In this document: in pieces, positions 20,138-29,582 of the stretch
Layout: the number at the start of each line of letters is the position of its first letter
Position numbering within the stretch: the stretch's first letter is position 1
Assembly: GCA_965197725.1 (NCBI GenBank)
Contig: CBDANQ010000030.1
Span: forward strand, 1-37,070
Reading direction: 5' to 3'
Origin: Longimicrobiales bacterium
GTDB taxonomy: Bacteria; Gemmatimonadota; Gemmatimonadetes; Longimicrobiales; Gaopeijiaceae
DNA length: 37,070 bases
Translations under genes and position numbers: made by a program
The notes under the pieces: model-generated
The model's database searches: none
What the model saw: the letters and a program-made list of their open reading frames with translations, nothing else
What the model was told of the DNA's origin: nothing

Positions 20138-21252
20138 ACATCCTCATGCACTGCGTCTACTTTCCTCCGGAGGTCGGCGGCCTCGAGAGCCACGCCTACT
20201 ACCTCTGCCAGGCACTGGCTGAACGCGGACACCGAGTGCACATGGTGACGTCTCGTTCTCAGCCAGGACTGCCCGATCATGAGATCATGGGCGGCGTCGG
20301 GGTGTGGCGAACCTGGATGCCCGCACGCAACACACCGGGTTGGGCGGCCCACGCGTTCTTCTCCATGCCTCGCTTCGGTGCCCTCGCGCGCTCGGCGGAC
20401 ATCCTGCACGCCCAGGATATCGCCTCGGTTCTTCCCTGCCTGGTCGCGCGGCGAGTGGGCCGGGCACCGATCGTCACTACATACCACACGAGTCACTTCC
20501 TCGAGCGAGCCGAGTCGCCGTTTTGGCGTCCGATCTTCAAACGCTTCCTGGAGGCCGCGGACCACAACCTTGCCGCAAGTGTCGAGCTCGCCTCAGTGGG
20601 CGAGGGCATTGCGCCCGGCGTCCGCGTCGAGGCCCTCACCAACGGAGTCGAAACGTCCTTCTTTCAGCGTGTCGAGCCGACGCTCTCTGCGCTTGGGGAC
20701 GGGCGCGCGCGCCTGATCGTACCGCGCAGGCTCTTCCACAAGAACGGCGTCGAGTACTTCGTGCGCGCGATGCCGCTCATTACGAGCGAGGTCGACGCAG
20801 AGGCTGTGCTCGTGGGGGACGGACCGGAGCGGCAGAAGCTCGAGGACCTGGCCGCTGAACTCGGGGTCGCCGAGCGCGTGACGTTCCTGGGCGCGCGCGC
20901 CCACCAAGAGATGCCCGGCATTCTCTCGTCCGGCGACCTGGCGATCTTCCCTTCGCTGATGGAGGCGACCTCGATCGCGGCGCTGGAGGCGATGTCGTGC
21001 GAGCTGCCGGTCGCCGCGTCGCGGGTCGGAGGGTTGCCTGAAATCGTCAGCAACGCCGTGGGTGGGCTCTTCGAGCCTGCGGATCCCGCGTCACTCGCGG
21101 CGAAGGTGATCGAGCTGCTGCGCGGCCGCCAGTTGCGCGCCCTCGGCACCGAGGCGCGAAGGCGAGTCGTGGACAGGTGGAGCAACGCCCGCCTCGCCGA
21201 CCGGCATCTCGAGATCTACGAGGAGCTCGTGGCGCGTCGCCACGCGGCGTAG
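20134..21252 (+). CDS. GT4 family glycosyltransferase
   Basis: PEVGGLE, NGVE, KNG, EATSIAALEAM (EX7E), VGGLPEIV. Confidence 0.92.
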   Translation: MNILMHCVYFPPEVGGLESHAYYLCQALAERGHRVHMVTSRSQPGLPDHEIMGGVGVWRTWMPARNTPGWAAHAFFSMPRFGALARSADILHAQDIASVLPCLVARRVGRAPIVTTYHTSHFLERAESPFWRPIFKRFLEAADHNLAASVELASVGEGIAPGVRVEALTNGVETSFFQRVEPTLSALGDGRARLIVPRRLFHKNGVEYFVRAMPLITSEVDAEAVLVGDGPERQKLEDLAAELGVAERVTFLGARAHQEMPGILSSGDLAIFPSLMEATSIAALEAMSCELPVAASRVGGLPEIVSNAVGGLFEPADPASLAAKVIELLRGRQLRALGTEARRRVVDRWSNARLADRHLEIYEELVARRHAA

Positions 21253-21262
21253 CGAGGCGGAG

Positions 21263-23743
21263 ATGGCGAAAAAGCGCCGGAAAGACCGGGACGGCCAAGT
21301 GCCTTCTGTCCCCTTGTGGCTTCCGCCGACGCTCTTCGTCGGGCTGACGCTGTTGCTGTTTCGGACCTTCGTGTTCAGCGACCAGATGCTATTTGGTAGT
21401 GACACGCTGGGGCTGGGCTACGTGGCACGGGCGCTCTACGCCGAGTCGGTCCACACGTTCGGTGCGTTCCCTCGCTGGGCGCCTGACATCCTGGGCGGCA
21501 CGCCGTTCTTGGAGGCCCTCTCCGCTGGCGACTCGTTCTACCCACCGTCGCTCTTCCTTCTCCTGGTCATGGAGCCGTTCCGGGCGCTCGGCTGGAAGCT
21601 GGTGATCCACGTTGCCGCAGCCGGCTTTTTCATGTTCGGTTGGGTGCGCTCGATTGGCGCGTCTCGTGTGGCCGCTCTGGTTGCGGGTATCGGCTACATG
21701 CTGGCGCCGTTCTTTGTGAGCCTTGTGACCCCAGGACATGACGGGAGGATCTTCGTCATCGCGCTGACGCCTCTTCTCTTCTGGGCCGTCGAGCGCCACT
21801 TCGTGGCTCCTCGTGTCTCGGTGTTCAGCTCGATCGCGCTGATCATCGGCCTGGTGATCGCGACCACGCACTTCCAGATGGCGTACTTCCTCTTCGGAGC
21901 CGTGGGCTTGTACGCCTTCTTCAGGGCGGGACAGATCGCCCGCGGGTACGTCGCGGACTCGGGGGACAGCGACAGCACGGCCCAGCGCACATCCGGACCA
22001 CGAACGGCAGGCATCCGTTTCGCGCTCTTCCTGGCGGCGTCGCTCACCGGAGCGGGCGTGGCGGGCTTCCAGTTCTTTCCGGCGTTCGACTACGTAACCC
22101 GGTACTCGCGACGTGTGCAGACCTCTCGCGAAGCCGCCGGAGAAGCGGGCGTCGCCTGGTCGAGCTCGTGGTCCCTGCATCCCGAAGAATCGATGGCGAT
22201 GGTAATCCCCGAGTTCGCTGGCAACAGTGCAGGCGGTCCGGCCGGCTGGGCCCAGAACACCTATTGGGGCCGGAATATCTTCAAGAACAACCATGAGTAC
22301 GCCGGTCTGGTGCTGCTGCTTCTCGCGGCAGTCTCGTTCGCCGGTGGTGCCCGTCCCGGACTCCGCTGGTTCTTCACCGGATTGGGTGCACTGGCGTTCC
22401 TATTCGCGCTGGGAGCCCACACGCCGGTGTGGCGACTCTTTTACGAGGTCGTGCCGGGCATCCCTCTGTTCCGGTCCCCGTCGCAGGCCATGTTCCTGTT
22501 CGGCTTCGGAGTGGCGACTCTGGCCGCCCTGGGTGCGGACCGACTCTTCCGGGCCGCGGCGGAGGACAACAACGACAGTTGGCGCAGCATCATGCGCATC
22601 CTCTGGGGCGCCGCCGGCGCGCTGGGGGGCGTGGCCCTCCTGGCGGCCTCTGGAGTCCTGACGACCATCTGGACCTCGACTGTCTACGCGGACGTCGATC
22701 CGGACCGCCTCCAGCTCATGGAGAGCCAGTTACGACCCTTCATCGGGCAAGGCGCGTTCATCGCCTTCTTCTTGGCTCTTGCGCTCGCCGGCCTGACGTG
22801 GGCCGTGCGCGGCGCGTATCTGGCCCCGAAAGCGCTGCTGGCGGGACTCGTGCTACTCGTCGTGGCGGACGAACTGCGCGTATCGAACACGTTCATCCAG
22901 CCGTTCGACTTCGAGACATGGTCGGCTCCGGACGCGAACATTCTGGCGATCATGAACCAGGAAGAGGGCAGCGACGAGCCGTACCGGCTTCTTTCGTTTC
23001 GCAGCACCGCACAGGACGTGACCCCGGCGCTCCACGGCATCGAGCTCGTCGCGGGCCACCACCCCAACGATCTCTCCCGCTACCGGGAGTTGATCGGGAT
23101 GCTCGGATCGGGAATGCCCGAGAACCTCTTCAACGCGAACATCCGTGCGCTGCTCAACGTGAGGTACGTGCTGTGGCCGGACTACGCATTGGGGCAGTCG
23201 ATGGACGGAGCTTTCTTCTCCCGAACACAACTCAGCGACGGGCGACCGTACGAGACCGTATTCGCAGAGCCTGGCCTCCCGCGCGCGCGCCTCGTCGGCC
23301 GCGCCGTCATGAAGTCGGATGCCGAAGTCGTCACCTACATGCTGTCGGAGGACTTCGACCCCGAGACCGAGGTGGTGCTGACCGAAGCCCCGCCGCTGGC
23401 GCTTCCGGGCGGGCCCGTAGCAGGCACCGTGACCTGGCTAGAGCGAACTCCGAACCGGCTCCGGCTCGCGGTCACTACGCAGCAGCCCGCGCTGCTCGTG
23501 GTCTCTGACAACTGGTTCCCGGCGTGGCGAGCCACCGTGAACGGCGCGGAACAGCCTCTCCTGCGTGCCTACCACAGCCTTCGCGCCGTGGCGATCCCGA
23601 CAGGTGAGCACACCGTCGAGATGGTGTACGAGTCGGCTCTGGTCCACACGAGCATCTGGATCAGCTTGCTTCTCTTCCTTGCGGTGGTAGGCGCTGCCGG
23701 CTTCGATCTCTGGCGCGAGCGCCGGACGAGGGAGGCTCACTGA
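21263..23743 (+). CDS. YfhO-family polytopic GT-C membrane glycosyltransferase
   Basis: 826 aa, many TM segments; GSD, W-x-P-x3-GG-x-P, YPP, and C-terminal DNWFPAWRATVNG...GEHTVEM. Confidence 0.82.
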   Translation: MAKKRRKDRDGQVPSVPLWLPPTLFVGLTLLLFRTFVFSDQMLFGSDTLGLGYVARALYAESVHTFGAFPRWAPDILGGTPFLEALSAGDSFYPPSLFLLLVMEPFRALGWKLVIHVAAAGFFMFGWVRSIGASRVAALVAGIGYMLAPFFVSLVTPGHDGRIFVIALTPLLFWAVERHFVAPRVSVFSSIALIIGLVIATTHFQMAYFLFGAVGLYAFFRAGQIARGYVADSGDSDSTAQRTSGPRTAGIRFALFLAASLTGAGVAGFQFFPAFDYVTRYSRRVQTSREAAGEAGVAWSSSWSLHPEESMAMVIPEFAGNSAGGPAGWAQNTYWGRNIFKNNHEYAGLVLLLLAAVSFAGGARPGLRWFFTGLGALAFLFALGAHTPVWRLFYEVVPGIPLFRSPSQAMFLFGFGVATLAALGADRLFRAAAEDNNDSWRSIMRILWGAAGALGGVALLAASGVLTTIWTSTVYADVDPDRLQLMESQLRPFIGQGAFIAFFLALALAGLTWAVRGAYLAPKALLAGLVLLVVADELRVSNTFIQPFDFETWSAPDANILAIMNQEEGSDEPYRLLSFRSTAQDVTPALHGIELVAGHHPNDLSRYRELIGMLGSGMPENLFNANIRALLNVRYVLWPDYALGQSMDGAFFSRTQLSDGRPYETVFAEPGLPRARLVGRAVMKSDAEVVTYMLSEDFDPETEVVLTEAPPLALPGGPVAGTVTWLERTPNRLRLAVTTQQPALLVVSDNWFPAWRATVNGAEQPLLRAYHSLRAVAIPTGEHTVEMVYESALVHTSIWISLLLFLAVVGAAGFDLWRERRTREAH

Positions 23744-24675
23744 AGACCTGGCTGATCCGAGTCTCGCAGCTCACCCTCACGATCCTGGTGACGTGGTTCA
23801 TCGTGGACCGGGTGGGGCTGGACTGGACCGAATTCCAGGAGCTCGATCCGGCGGCGTGGCAGCCTAATCTGGTGGTGCTCGGCTCGGCGTGCTCGCTACT
23901 GCTCCTCGCGATGTTCATGAACGCCGTGCTTTGGGCCCGGGTCGTCGCCGATCTCGGTGGTGCGCGCATTCGGCCGATCGAGGCCATCCAACTGTTCATG
24001 ATCGCCAACCTCGGCCGCTACGTGCCCGGGAAAGTGTGGCAGATCGCCGGGCTCGCCGCGCTCGCGCGAGGAAAGGGTGTGCGACCTGTCACGGCGACCG
24101 GTGCGGCGGTGCTCGGCCAAGGACTGTCCCTGCTCGCGGCGACCGCGGTGGGGCTGGGCGCGTTGCTCACCGGACCCGAGCGGCTGCGGCCTTGGGGGCT
24201 CTTCGCTGCCGGCCTCCTCGCGTTCGTCATCATCGTCATCGCGATCCCTGCCAGCTTTCAGTGGGGCGCCCAACTCTGGTTCCGTGCGGCGCGTGCGGAG
24301 ACGCCACAGCGCTTGGACTCGGTTCATGGGCTGCAGTGGCTCGCACTCTACGCGCTCAATTGGGTACTCTTAGCGTTGTCGTTTTGGGTGCTCGTCGTCA
24401 GCTTCGGTGTCTCCGTCGGGGTCGTGCCCGCCGCATCCGCCTTCGCGGCCGCGTACGTCATCGGTTACCTGTTCATCCCGGCCCCGGCGGGCGTTGGGGT
24501 ACGTGAGGGATTCTTGGTGGCGTTCTTGACTCCGCACGTAGGTGTCGGCTCCGCAGGCGCGCTCGCCGTCATAGCACGGGTCTGGACCACGGTCGTGGAG
24601 CTCGTTCCCGCTGCGGTGTTTTGGGCGCGTCACGTCGCAGCCAACGGAGCAGGGGAGGACGCGAGCCATGAGTGA
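23740..24675 (+). CDS. Lysylphosphatidylglycerol-synthase TM domain (flippase-like) protein; probable CTG start
   Basis: ANLGRYVPGKVW and PAGVGVREG motifs; the frame extends from GTG 23788 back to CTG 23740, which overlaps the YfhO TGA, with GGAGG just upstream. Confidence 0.82.
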   Translation: MKTWLIRVSQLTLTILVTWFIVDRVGLDWTEFQELDPAAWQPNLVVLGSACSLLLLAMFMNAVLWARVVADLGGARIRPIEAIQLFMIANLGRYVPGKVWQIAGLAALARGKGVRPVTATGAAVLGQGLSLLAATAVGLGALLTGPERLRPWGLFAAGLLAFVIIVIAIPASFQWGAQLWFRAARAETPQRLDSVHGLQWLALYALNWVLLALSFWVLVVSFGVSVGVVPAASAFAAAYVIGYLFIPAPAGVGVREGFLVAFLTPHVGVGSAGALAVIARVWTTVVELVPAAVFWARHVAANGAGEDASHE

Positions 24676-25411
24676 GGGGCATGAGGGGCATAGGGAGCGC
24701 TTCCTCGTCATCGTGCCCACCTACGACGAGAAGGAAAACCTTCCTCGGAAGGCCCCGCAGATTCTCGATCAGGACGAGCGTATCGATGTGCTCGTCGTCG
24801 ATGACGCTTCGCCGGATGGCACCGGTAGGCTCGCCGACGAGATGGCCACGCAGGACTCCCGCGTGCATGTCCTGCACCGCGCCGCGAAAGACGGCTTGGG
24901 GAAGGCGTATCTCGCCGGCTTCGACTGGGCGCTCGAGAGGGAATACGAGCTGATCTTCGAGATGGACGCCGATATCTCGCATCCTCCCGAGGCGCTGCCT
25001 AGGCTCATCGCTGCGGCCGAGGAGTACGACTTCGTCATCGGCTCGAGGTACGTCGACGGTAAGGTCACGGTCTCCAACTGGCCGATGACCCGACTCCTCG
25101 TGAGCTACTTCGGTTCGTGGTACGCGCGCGCCATCACCAGGATGCCGGTCCGAGACGCGACCGGCGGCTTCAACTGTTGGCACCGCAGGGTGCTCGAGAG
25201 GATCAGGCTCGAGCGTGTGCGCTCGAACGGTTACGCGTTCCAGATCGAGCTGAAGTTCCGCGCCTGGTGCAAGGGGTTCTCATTCACGGAAGTCCCCATC
25301 CTCTTCACGGAACGGGACAGTGGTGAGTCCAAGATGTCGAAACGGATCGTCCGCGAAGCCGTGTGGCGCGTCTGGTGGCTCAAGTTCCAGCAGGTTTTTC
25401 GCCGCCTGTGA
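24668..25411 (+). CDS. Polyprenol monophosphomannose synthase-like GT2 (Dpm1/Ppm1-like)
   Basis: PTYDE, VDDASPDGT, GLGKAY, EMDADISH, GSRY, DATGGF, GYAFQIE, GESKMS. Confidence 0.9.
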   Translation: MSEGHEGHRERFLVIVPTYDEKENLPRKAPQILDQDERIDVLVVDDASPDGTGRLADEMATQDSRVHVLHRAAKDGLGKAYLAGFDWALEREYELIFEMDADISHPPEALPRLIAAAEEYDFVIGSRYVDGKVTVSNWPMTRLLVSYFGSWYARAITRMPVRDATGGFNCWHRRVLERIRLERVRSNGYAFQIELKFRAWCKGFSFTEVPILFTERDSGESKMSKRIVREAVWRVWWLKFQQVFRRL

Positions 25412-26118
25412 CGAGCGAACCCCGCATCGGGAAGGAGTTCTACGACTCCAGCGACTACTTCGAAGAGGGTACCGATCACCTCATCGACGCCGAGAGTCGC
25501 TTCCAGCGGTACCGCGTCGAGAAGGTCCTCGCGCTCCACGATCCGACACCGACCGACCGCGTAGTCGATCTAGGCTGCGGATGGGGCACTTTCGGCTTCG
25601 AGCTCGCGGACCGGGTCGGGGAGATCATTGGCGTCGACTTCAGCGAGAAGAGCATTGAGATCTGCAACCGGCGACTCGAGTCCGACCCACACGACAAGCT
25701 GCGTTTCGTGTGCGCCGACGGGGGCGACACCGGGCTGGAAGACTCGGGCTTCGACCTGGTCATCGCCGCGGACCTCTTCGAGCACCTATATCCGGACGAC
25801 TCCGAGCGCGTGTCGAAGGAGGCGTATCGGCTTCTCAAGCCTGGCGGCCGCTTCAGCACCTGGACCCCGCACCGCGGTCATTTCCTGGAAGCGCTCAAGA
25901 ACCGCGATATTGTGCTCAAGCGGGACGTGAGCCATGTGGACTACAAGTCGATGGAGCGCATGAGGGCGTTGCTCACCACGCAGGGCTTCGTGATCGAGCG
26001 CGCGTACTACGCGGAATCCCATCTGCCCGGCCTGAACGTCGCGGAACGCCTCCTTCAGGGCCTCGTACCATTTCTGAGACGCCGCATCGCGGTGCTCGGC
26101 CGGAAGCCGGGAGGGTAG
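25408..26118 (+). CDS. Class I SAM-dependent methyltransferase
   Basis: VDLGCGWG, GVDFS, FDLV, FEHL, LKPGG; GTGA overlap with the upstream gene. Confidence 0.9.
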   Translation: MTSEPRIGKEFYDSSDYFEEGTDHLIDAESRFQRYRVEKVLALHDPTPTDRVVDLGCGWGTFGFELADRVGEIIGVDFSEKSIEICNRRLESDPHDKLRFVCADGGDTGLEDSGFDLVIAADLFEHLYPDDSERVSKEAYRLLKPGGRFSTWTPHRGHFLEALKNRDIVLKRDVSHVDYKSMERMRALLTTQGFVIERAYYAESHLPGLNVAERLLQGLVPFLRRRIAVLGRKPGG

Positions 26119-26123
26119 GGACG

Positions 26124-26642
26124 ATGGCGTGGGAGATCGAGCGCCGATTCCTCGTTCGCGTTACCGACGCGCTCTGGCGCACGCTCGGCGACGGACACCA
26201 CTACCGCCAAGGGTACATCCGGAACGGGGAGCCCTCGGTCCGCATCCGGACCGGTGAGCCGAGGGGCGCCGTCCTCACGTGCAAGATCGGCTCGGGGATC
26301 CGAAGAGAGGAGGTGGAGACGATCGTGCCGCCCGAGATGGCCGTCCGGCTTCTCGAGGCTGCGGAGGACCGAATCGTCGAGAAGATTCGCTGGAAGCTCG
26401 GCCCCTGGGAGCTCGATCGATTCCTCGGCCCGCTGGAGGGTCTGGCCCTGATGGAGATCGAGCTCGATACCGAGAGCGATCCGCTGCCCGACCCTCCACA
26501 GCGAGTCCGGATCTTACGTGAAGTTACGTATGATAACCGCTTTGTCAGTGGGCACTTAGCGCTTATGAAACCCAAGCAGCAACGCAAGCTCGTGAAGAAG
26601 GCTTACAAGGAAGTGAAAGGATGGACAGAACTCAGCGACTAG
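26124..26642 (+). CDS. CYTH-domain (triphosphate tunnel metalloenzyme) protein
   Basis: EIERRF, QGY, VRIR, REEVE, VEKIR, WELDRF, EIEL, EVT. Confidence 0.88.
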   Translation: MAWEIERRFLVRVTDALWRTLGDGHHYRQGYIRNGEPSVRIRTGEPRGAVLTCKIGSGIRREEVETIVPPEMAVRLLEAAEDRIVEKIRWKLGPWELDRFLGPLEGLALMEIELDTESDPLPDPPQRVRILREVTYDNRFVSGHLALMKPKQQRKLVKKAYKEVKGWTELSD

Positions 26643-27178
26643 TGCTCGTTTCCACCGTATTGGCCGCGACCTCGTGCACCATGATCGGGTCTGCCGAGCT
26701 GTCGGGCCCCATCATGCCGTCCTCGGACGCGGAAATTGCGGCCCTGGAGGCCATTCCGGACCCGATCCCGAGGGTGGAACCGCCTAGCCAGACCGGGAAC
26801 ATGGCGCAATACGAACAGTCGGGCGGTACGTACCGCGTTCTCGATACCTCAGAGGGATACGACGAGCGTGGGGTGGCCTCGTGGTACGGTAAGCCGTTCC
26901 ACGGGCGGCAGACGAGCAGTGGTGAGACGTACGACATGTTCGGGATGACAGCGGCGCACCGAACTCTGCCGCTCCCGAGCTACGTCGAGGTCACCAACCT
27001 CGCGAACGGACGCACCGTGGTTCTGAGAGTGACCGACCGGGGCCCGTTCCACGACCCAGGCCGCCGAATCATCGACGTGACTTACACGGTCGCCGTGAAG
27101 CTGGGCATGGTGGGAACAGGAACGGCCGCGGTTCGCGTGAGAGCCTTGGAGCCGTACCAGAGGCGGCGGGCAAACTAG
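26621..27178 (+). CDS. rlpA: RlpA-family lytic transglycosylase lipoprotein (DPBB domain only)
   Basis: GVASWYG, FHGRQTSSGE, TAAHRTLP, DRGPF; N-terminal Cys lipobox; no SPOR domain. Confidence 0.9.
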   Translation: MDRTQRLVLVSTVLAATSCTMIGSAELSGPIMPSSDAEIAALEAIPDPIPRVEPPSQTGNMAQYEQSGGTYRVLDTSEGYDERGVASWYGKPFHGRQTSSGETYDMFGMTAAHRTLPLPSYVEVTNLANGRTVVLRVTDRGPFHDPGRRIIDVTYTVAVKLGMVGTGTAAVRVRALEPYQRRRAN

Positions 27179-27233
27179 CCGGGGAGGAGGCGGGCCAGGG
27201 CGAAGAGCCGGCTTCTCACCCCGTCTTGGCCAC

Positions 27234-27261
27234 ATGCAACATAATATATATTATACGAAGC
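27234..27261 (-). other. XerC/XerD dif-like recombination site
   Basis: Minus strand GCTTCGTATAA-TATATA-TTATGTTGCAT has the 11-6-11 layout of E. coli dif GGTGCGCATAA-TGTATA-TTATGTTAAAT; striking AT-rich island between convergent genes. Confidence 0.88.
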
Positions 27262-27367
27262 AGGTTCCCCTCGGCCACCAGGGCGTTCCAGGGCGTCGCC
27301 CTGCATGTAGTCGCCGTGCGCGTGGCTCCCGAGCACGATCCGGTGGCGCGCCACCGGCCAGTACGCG

Positions 27368-28066
27368 CTAGGTGGTCGCCGCCGTCTTGAGCTCCTGGAT
27401 CCGCATCTCGAACTGTCCGCGCTCGGCTGCGTTCTCCTCCATGTTGCTCAATACGCGCTCGTAGAGCTCGATCGCGCCGAAGGCATCGCCCTGGTCGGCC
27501 CGGATCCGAGCGGCACTCGCCAACGCCTCGCGCACCTGGAAGTCGAGCTCCGAGCGATCCGCGATTCTCAAATAGATCGCTTCGGCCTCACTCCAGAGGC
27601 TCTCCTGCTCGTAGGCGGCACCTAGCAACACGGCACCTTGGAACTCGATCGGGTCTCGCGGGGAGGCGCCGAGCGGCTCCAGCACCACCTGGGCCTGCTG
27701 CGGATCGTCCGACTGCAAGTACAAATCGCCTAGCAGCAGCCGTGCTTCACCCTCGTAGGCGGTGCCGTCGAAGCGCTCGAGGAACGTGACGAGCTCGTTC
27801 TTGGCACCCTCGCGGTCCTGGATCGCGATCGACTGATGCACGGCCTCGAGCTGCTGCGCCGCCTGCTGGACCAGCGTCTCCTGATAGTTCCCATAGTACA
27901 CGATTCCCGCGACCACGATCACGGCGACCACGCCCAGAACCGTCAGGAGCTGCTGGTTGGCGCTGGCCCATTTGCCCACGTCCAGCACCTTGGCAATGAA
28001 GATGTCGTCGGGGTCGTTGCCGTGCTCTTGGTGGGTCCGGCGGGCACCGGGATGACGCTGCGACAT
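27368..28066 (-). CDS. Membrane-anchored tetratricopeptide repeat protein (YfgM-like)
   Basis: Single N-terminal TM helix, TPR helices (ARLLLGDLY, LGAAYE, AIELYE); AAAGG SD region. Confidence 0.8.
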   Translation of the reverse strand: MSQRHPGARRTHQEHGNDPDDIFIAKVLDVGKWASANQQLLTVLGVVAVIVVAGIVYYGNYQETLVQQAAQQLEAVHQSIAIQDREGAKNELVTFLERFDGTAYEGEARLLLGDLYLQSDDPQQAQVVLEPLGASPRDPIEFQGAVLLGAAYEQESLWSEAEAIYLRIADRSELDFQVREALASAARIRADQGDAFGAIELYERVLSNMEENAAERGQFEMRIQELKTAATT

Positions 28067-28121
28067 GAAAGGACCTTTTGCGGTTCAGTTCCTACGGTTT
28101 CCGCCCCTCGGGAAGCGCTAA

Positions 28122-28150
28122 AAGCTAGACGGGACGGACATTTCGGTCAA
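28122..28150 (-). promoter_or_regulatory. Sigma70-type promoter of the TPR gene
   Basis: Minus strand TTGACC (28150-28145)-N17-TAGCTT (28127-28122). Confidence 0.7.
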
Positions 28151-28215
28151 CGCGCCGGCCAGTGCCACGCTGCCTCGACAGGCCCTCCAAGAACGCCGGA
28201 TCCGGGGCCCTCGAT

Positions 28216-28905
28216 TCAGCCTTCCGAGTCGGTCTCTGAGGGGTGATACCCGGCCAAGATCCAGAGGTCGCGCGGACGCCTAAGCGCGAGGAAGCCGTCG
28301 GCCATCGCGACCACACCGTCGTAGAGCCAGTCGTTGAGCAACGTCGTCACGGTGGCCCGATGAGCCCCCGCCAGGTCGGCGAGTACCTGGTGGGTGAGTT
28401 TGACGGAGAGATGCACTCCCCGACCGGCCGGATCACCGCAGCGCGCGCTGAGATCCAGAAGCACTTCCGCGAGGCGCTGTGCGGCGGTAGGCCCCCGTGA
28501 GCCGCCCTGTGCATGCCGCAGGCGGTGCAACTCTCGCTCGACACCCTCGAGGTAGGCGTCCAGACTCCTCTTCGCCGTCTTGAGACCACTCAGAACGCTT
28601 GTTGTCGGCAGAGCGACCACGGTGCAGGTCGACCCCGCGATCGACCCGTACCGTCGATGGCCCTCGGTGAACGCTTCATCGCCAAAGAGCTCCCAAGGGA
28701 GCGCTACCGAGACCGTTCGCTCACTCCTCCCCTTTTCCATCCCCGGCAGTACGAGGCGCATGAATCCGGACTGAACGAGGAACACGTTCTTGGCGGAACT
28801 TCCCGCCGCGTAAAGTGGCCGCCCCTTTACGAGCCGCACGACCTCCGCCCGCTTCACGAGCCGGAACAGCTTGCGGTCACGTGCCGGAACGAGGTGAAAG
28901 GGCAT
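28216..28905 (-). CDS. Crp/Fnr family transcriptional regulator
   Basis: cNMP-binding fold (VFLVQSG, ELFGD), QRLAEVLL, HTH LTHQVLADLAGAHRATVTTLL; GGAGG SD upstream of ATG 28905. Confidence 0.88.
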   Translation of the reverse strand: MPFHLVPARDRKLFRLVKRAEVVRLVKGRPLYAAGSSAKNVFLVQSGFMRLVLPGMEKGRSERTVSVALPWELFGDEAFTEGHRRYGSIAGSTCTVVALPTTSVLSGLKTAKRSLDAYLEGVERELHRLRHAQGGSRGPTAAQRLAEVLLDLSARCGDPAGRGVHLSVKLTHQVLADLAGAHRATVTTLLNDWLYDGVVAMADGFLALRRPRDLWILAGYHPSETDSEG

Positions 28906-29176
28906 CGTCAGGCCTCCCGGGCTCCGCCCATAACGACGCCCGAGCTCACATCGGCGCCTCGAGGGAGCATCTCCCCGAGACCGCCTGGGGCTGGCCCTGG
29001 ACCTTGGACGCGACGACGTGCACGATGGGCTCTGGCTCCACGGACAGGGGACGAGCAGGGGATGAAAGGGCCCCCATGATAACCGCGGGGGCTGGCCACC
29101 ACCAACTGCCCCTGGCGCGGTCGTGACGCCCCCCCCAACGTGCATCGAGGCACACCTCACGAACCCTGGATCCGAC

Positions 29177-29557
29177 ATGATGCAGACGCCCGATCGCCTC
29201 TTCTTCGGGCTCGGCGCGCTTCTTGCCGGCCTCTCCGTCGCGCTTGGTGCATTCGGTGCCCACGGACTTCGCAATACGCTGAGCCCGGAAGATCTCGCGA
29301 CGTTCGAGACCGGCGCTCGCTATCAGATGTATCATGCGCTCGCGCTGCTCGCCGTCGCTTGGGCATACGCCCGGTGGGAGGCCCCCCTCGTACAGGTCGC
29401 GGGTTGGCTCTTCGTCATCGGGATCGTGATTTTTTCCGGCAGCTTGTACGCGCTCGTGCTGACCGGGCAACGGTGGCTCGGTGCACTGACCCCTCTCGGA
29501 GGCGTGGCACTGCTTGCCGCGTGGCTTGTGCTGGCCTGGTCGGCATTCCGGAGCTGA
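29177..29557 (+). CDS. DUF423/TMEM256 (YgdD-like) membrane protein
   Basis: [21 protein letters not shown] and LTPLGG motifs. Confidence 0.92.
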   Translation: MMQTPDRLFFGLGALLAGLSVALGAFGAHGLRNTLSPEDLATFETGARYQMYHALALLAVAWAYARWEAPLVQVAGWLFVIGIVIFSGSLYALVLTGQRWLGALTPLGGVALLAAWLVLAWSAFRS

Positions 29558-29582
29558 TGCGCATGAGCCATGGCCGAGCTCC

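Noticed and set aside
27234..27261. AT-rich palindrome read as a transcription factor operator or terminator
   Set aside because: It lies between two 3' ends, lacks a GC stem with U-tract, and fits the dif layout much better.
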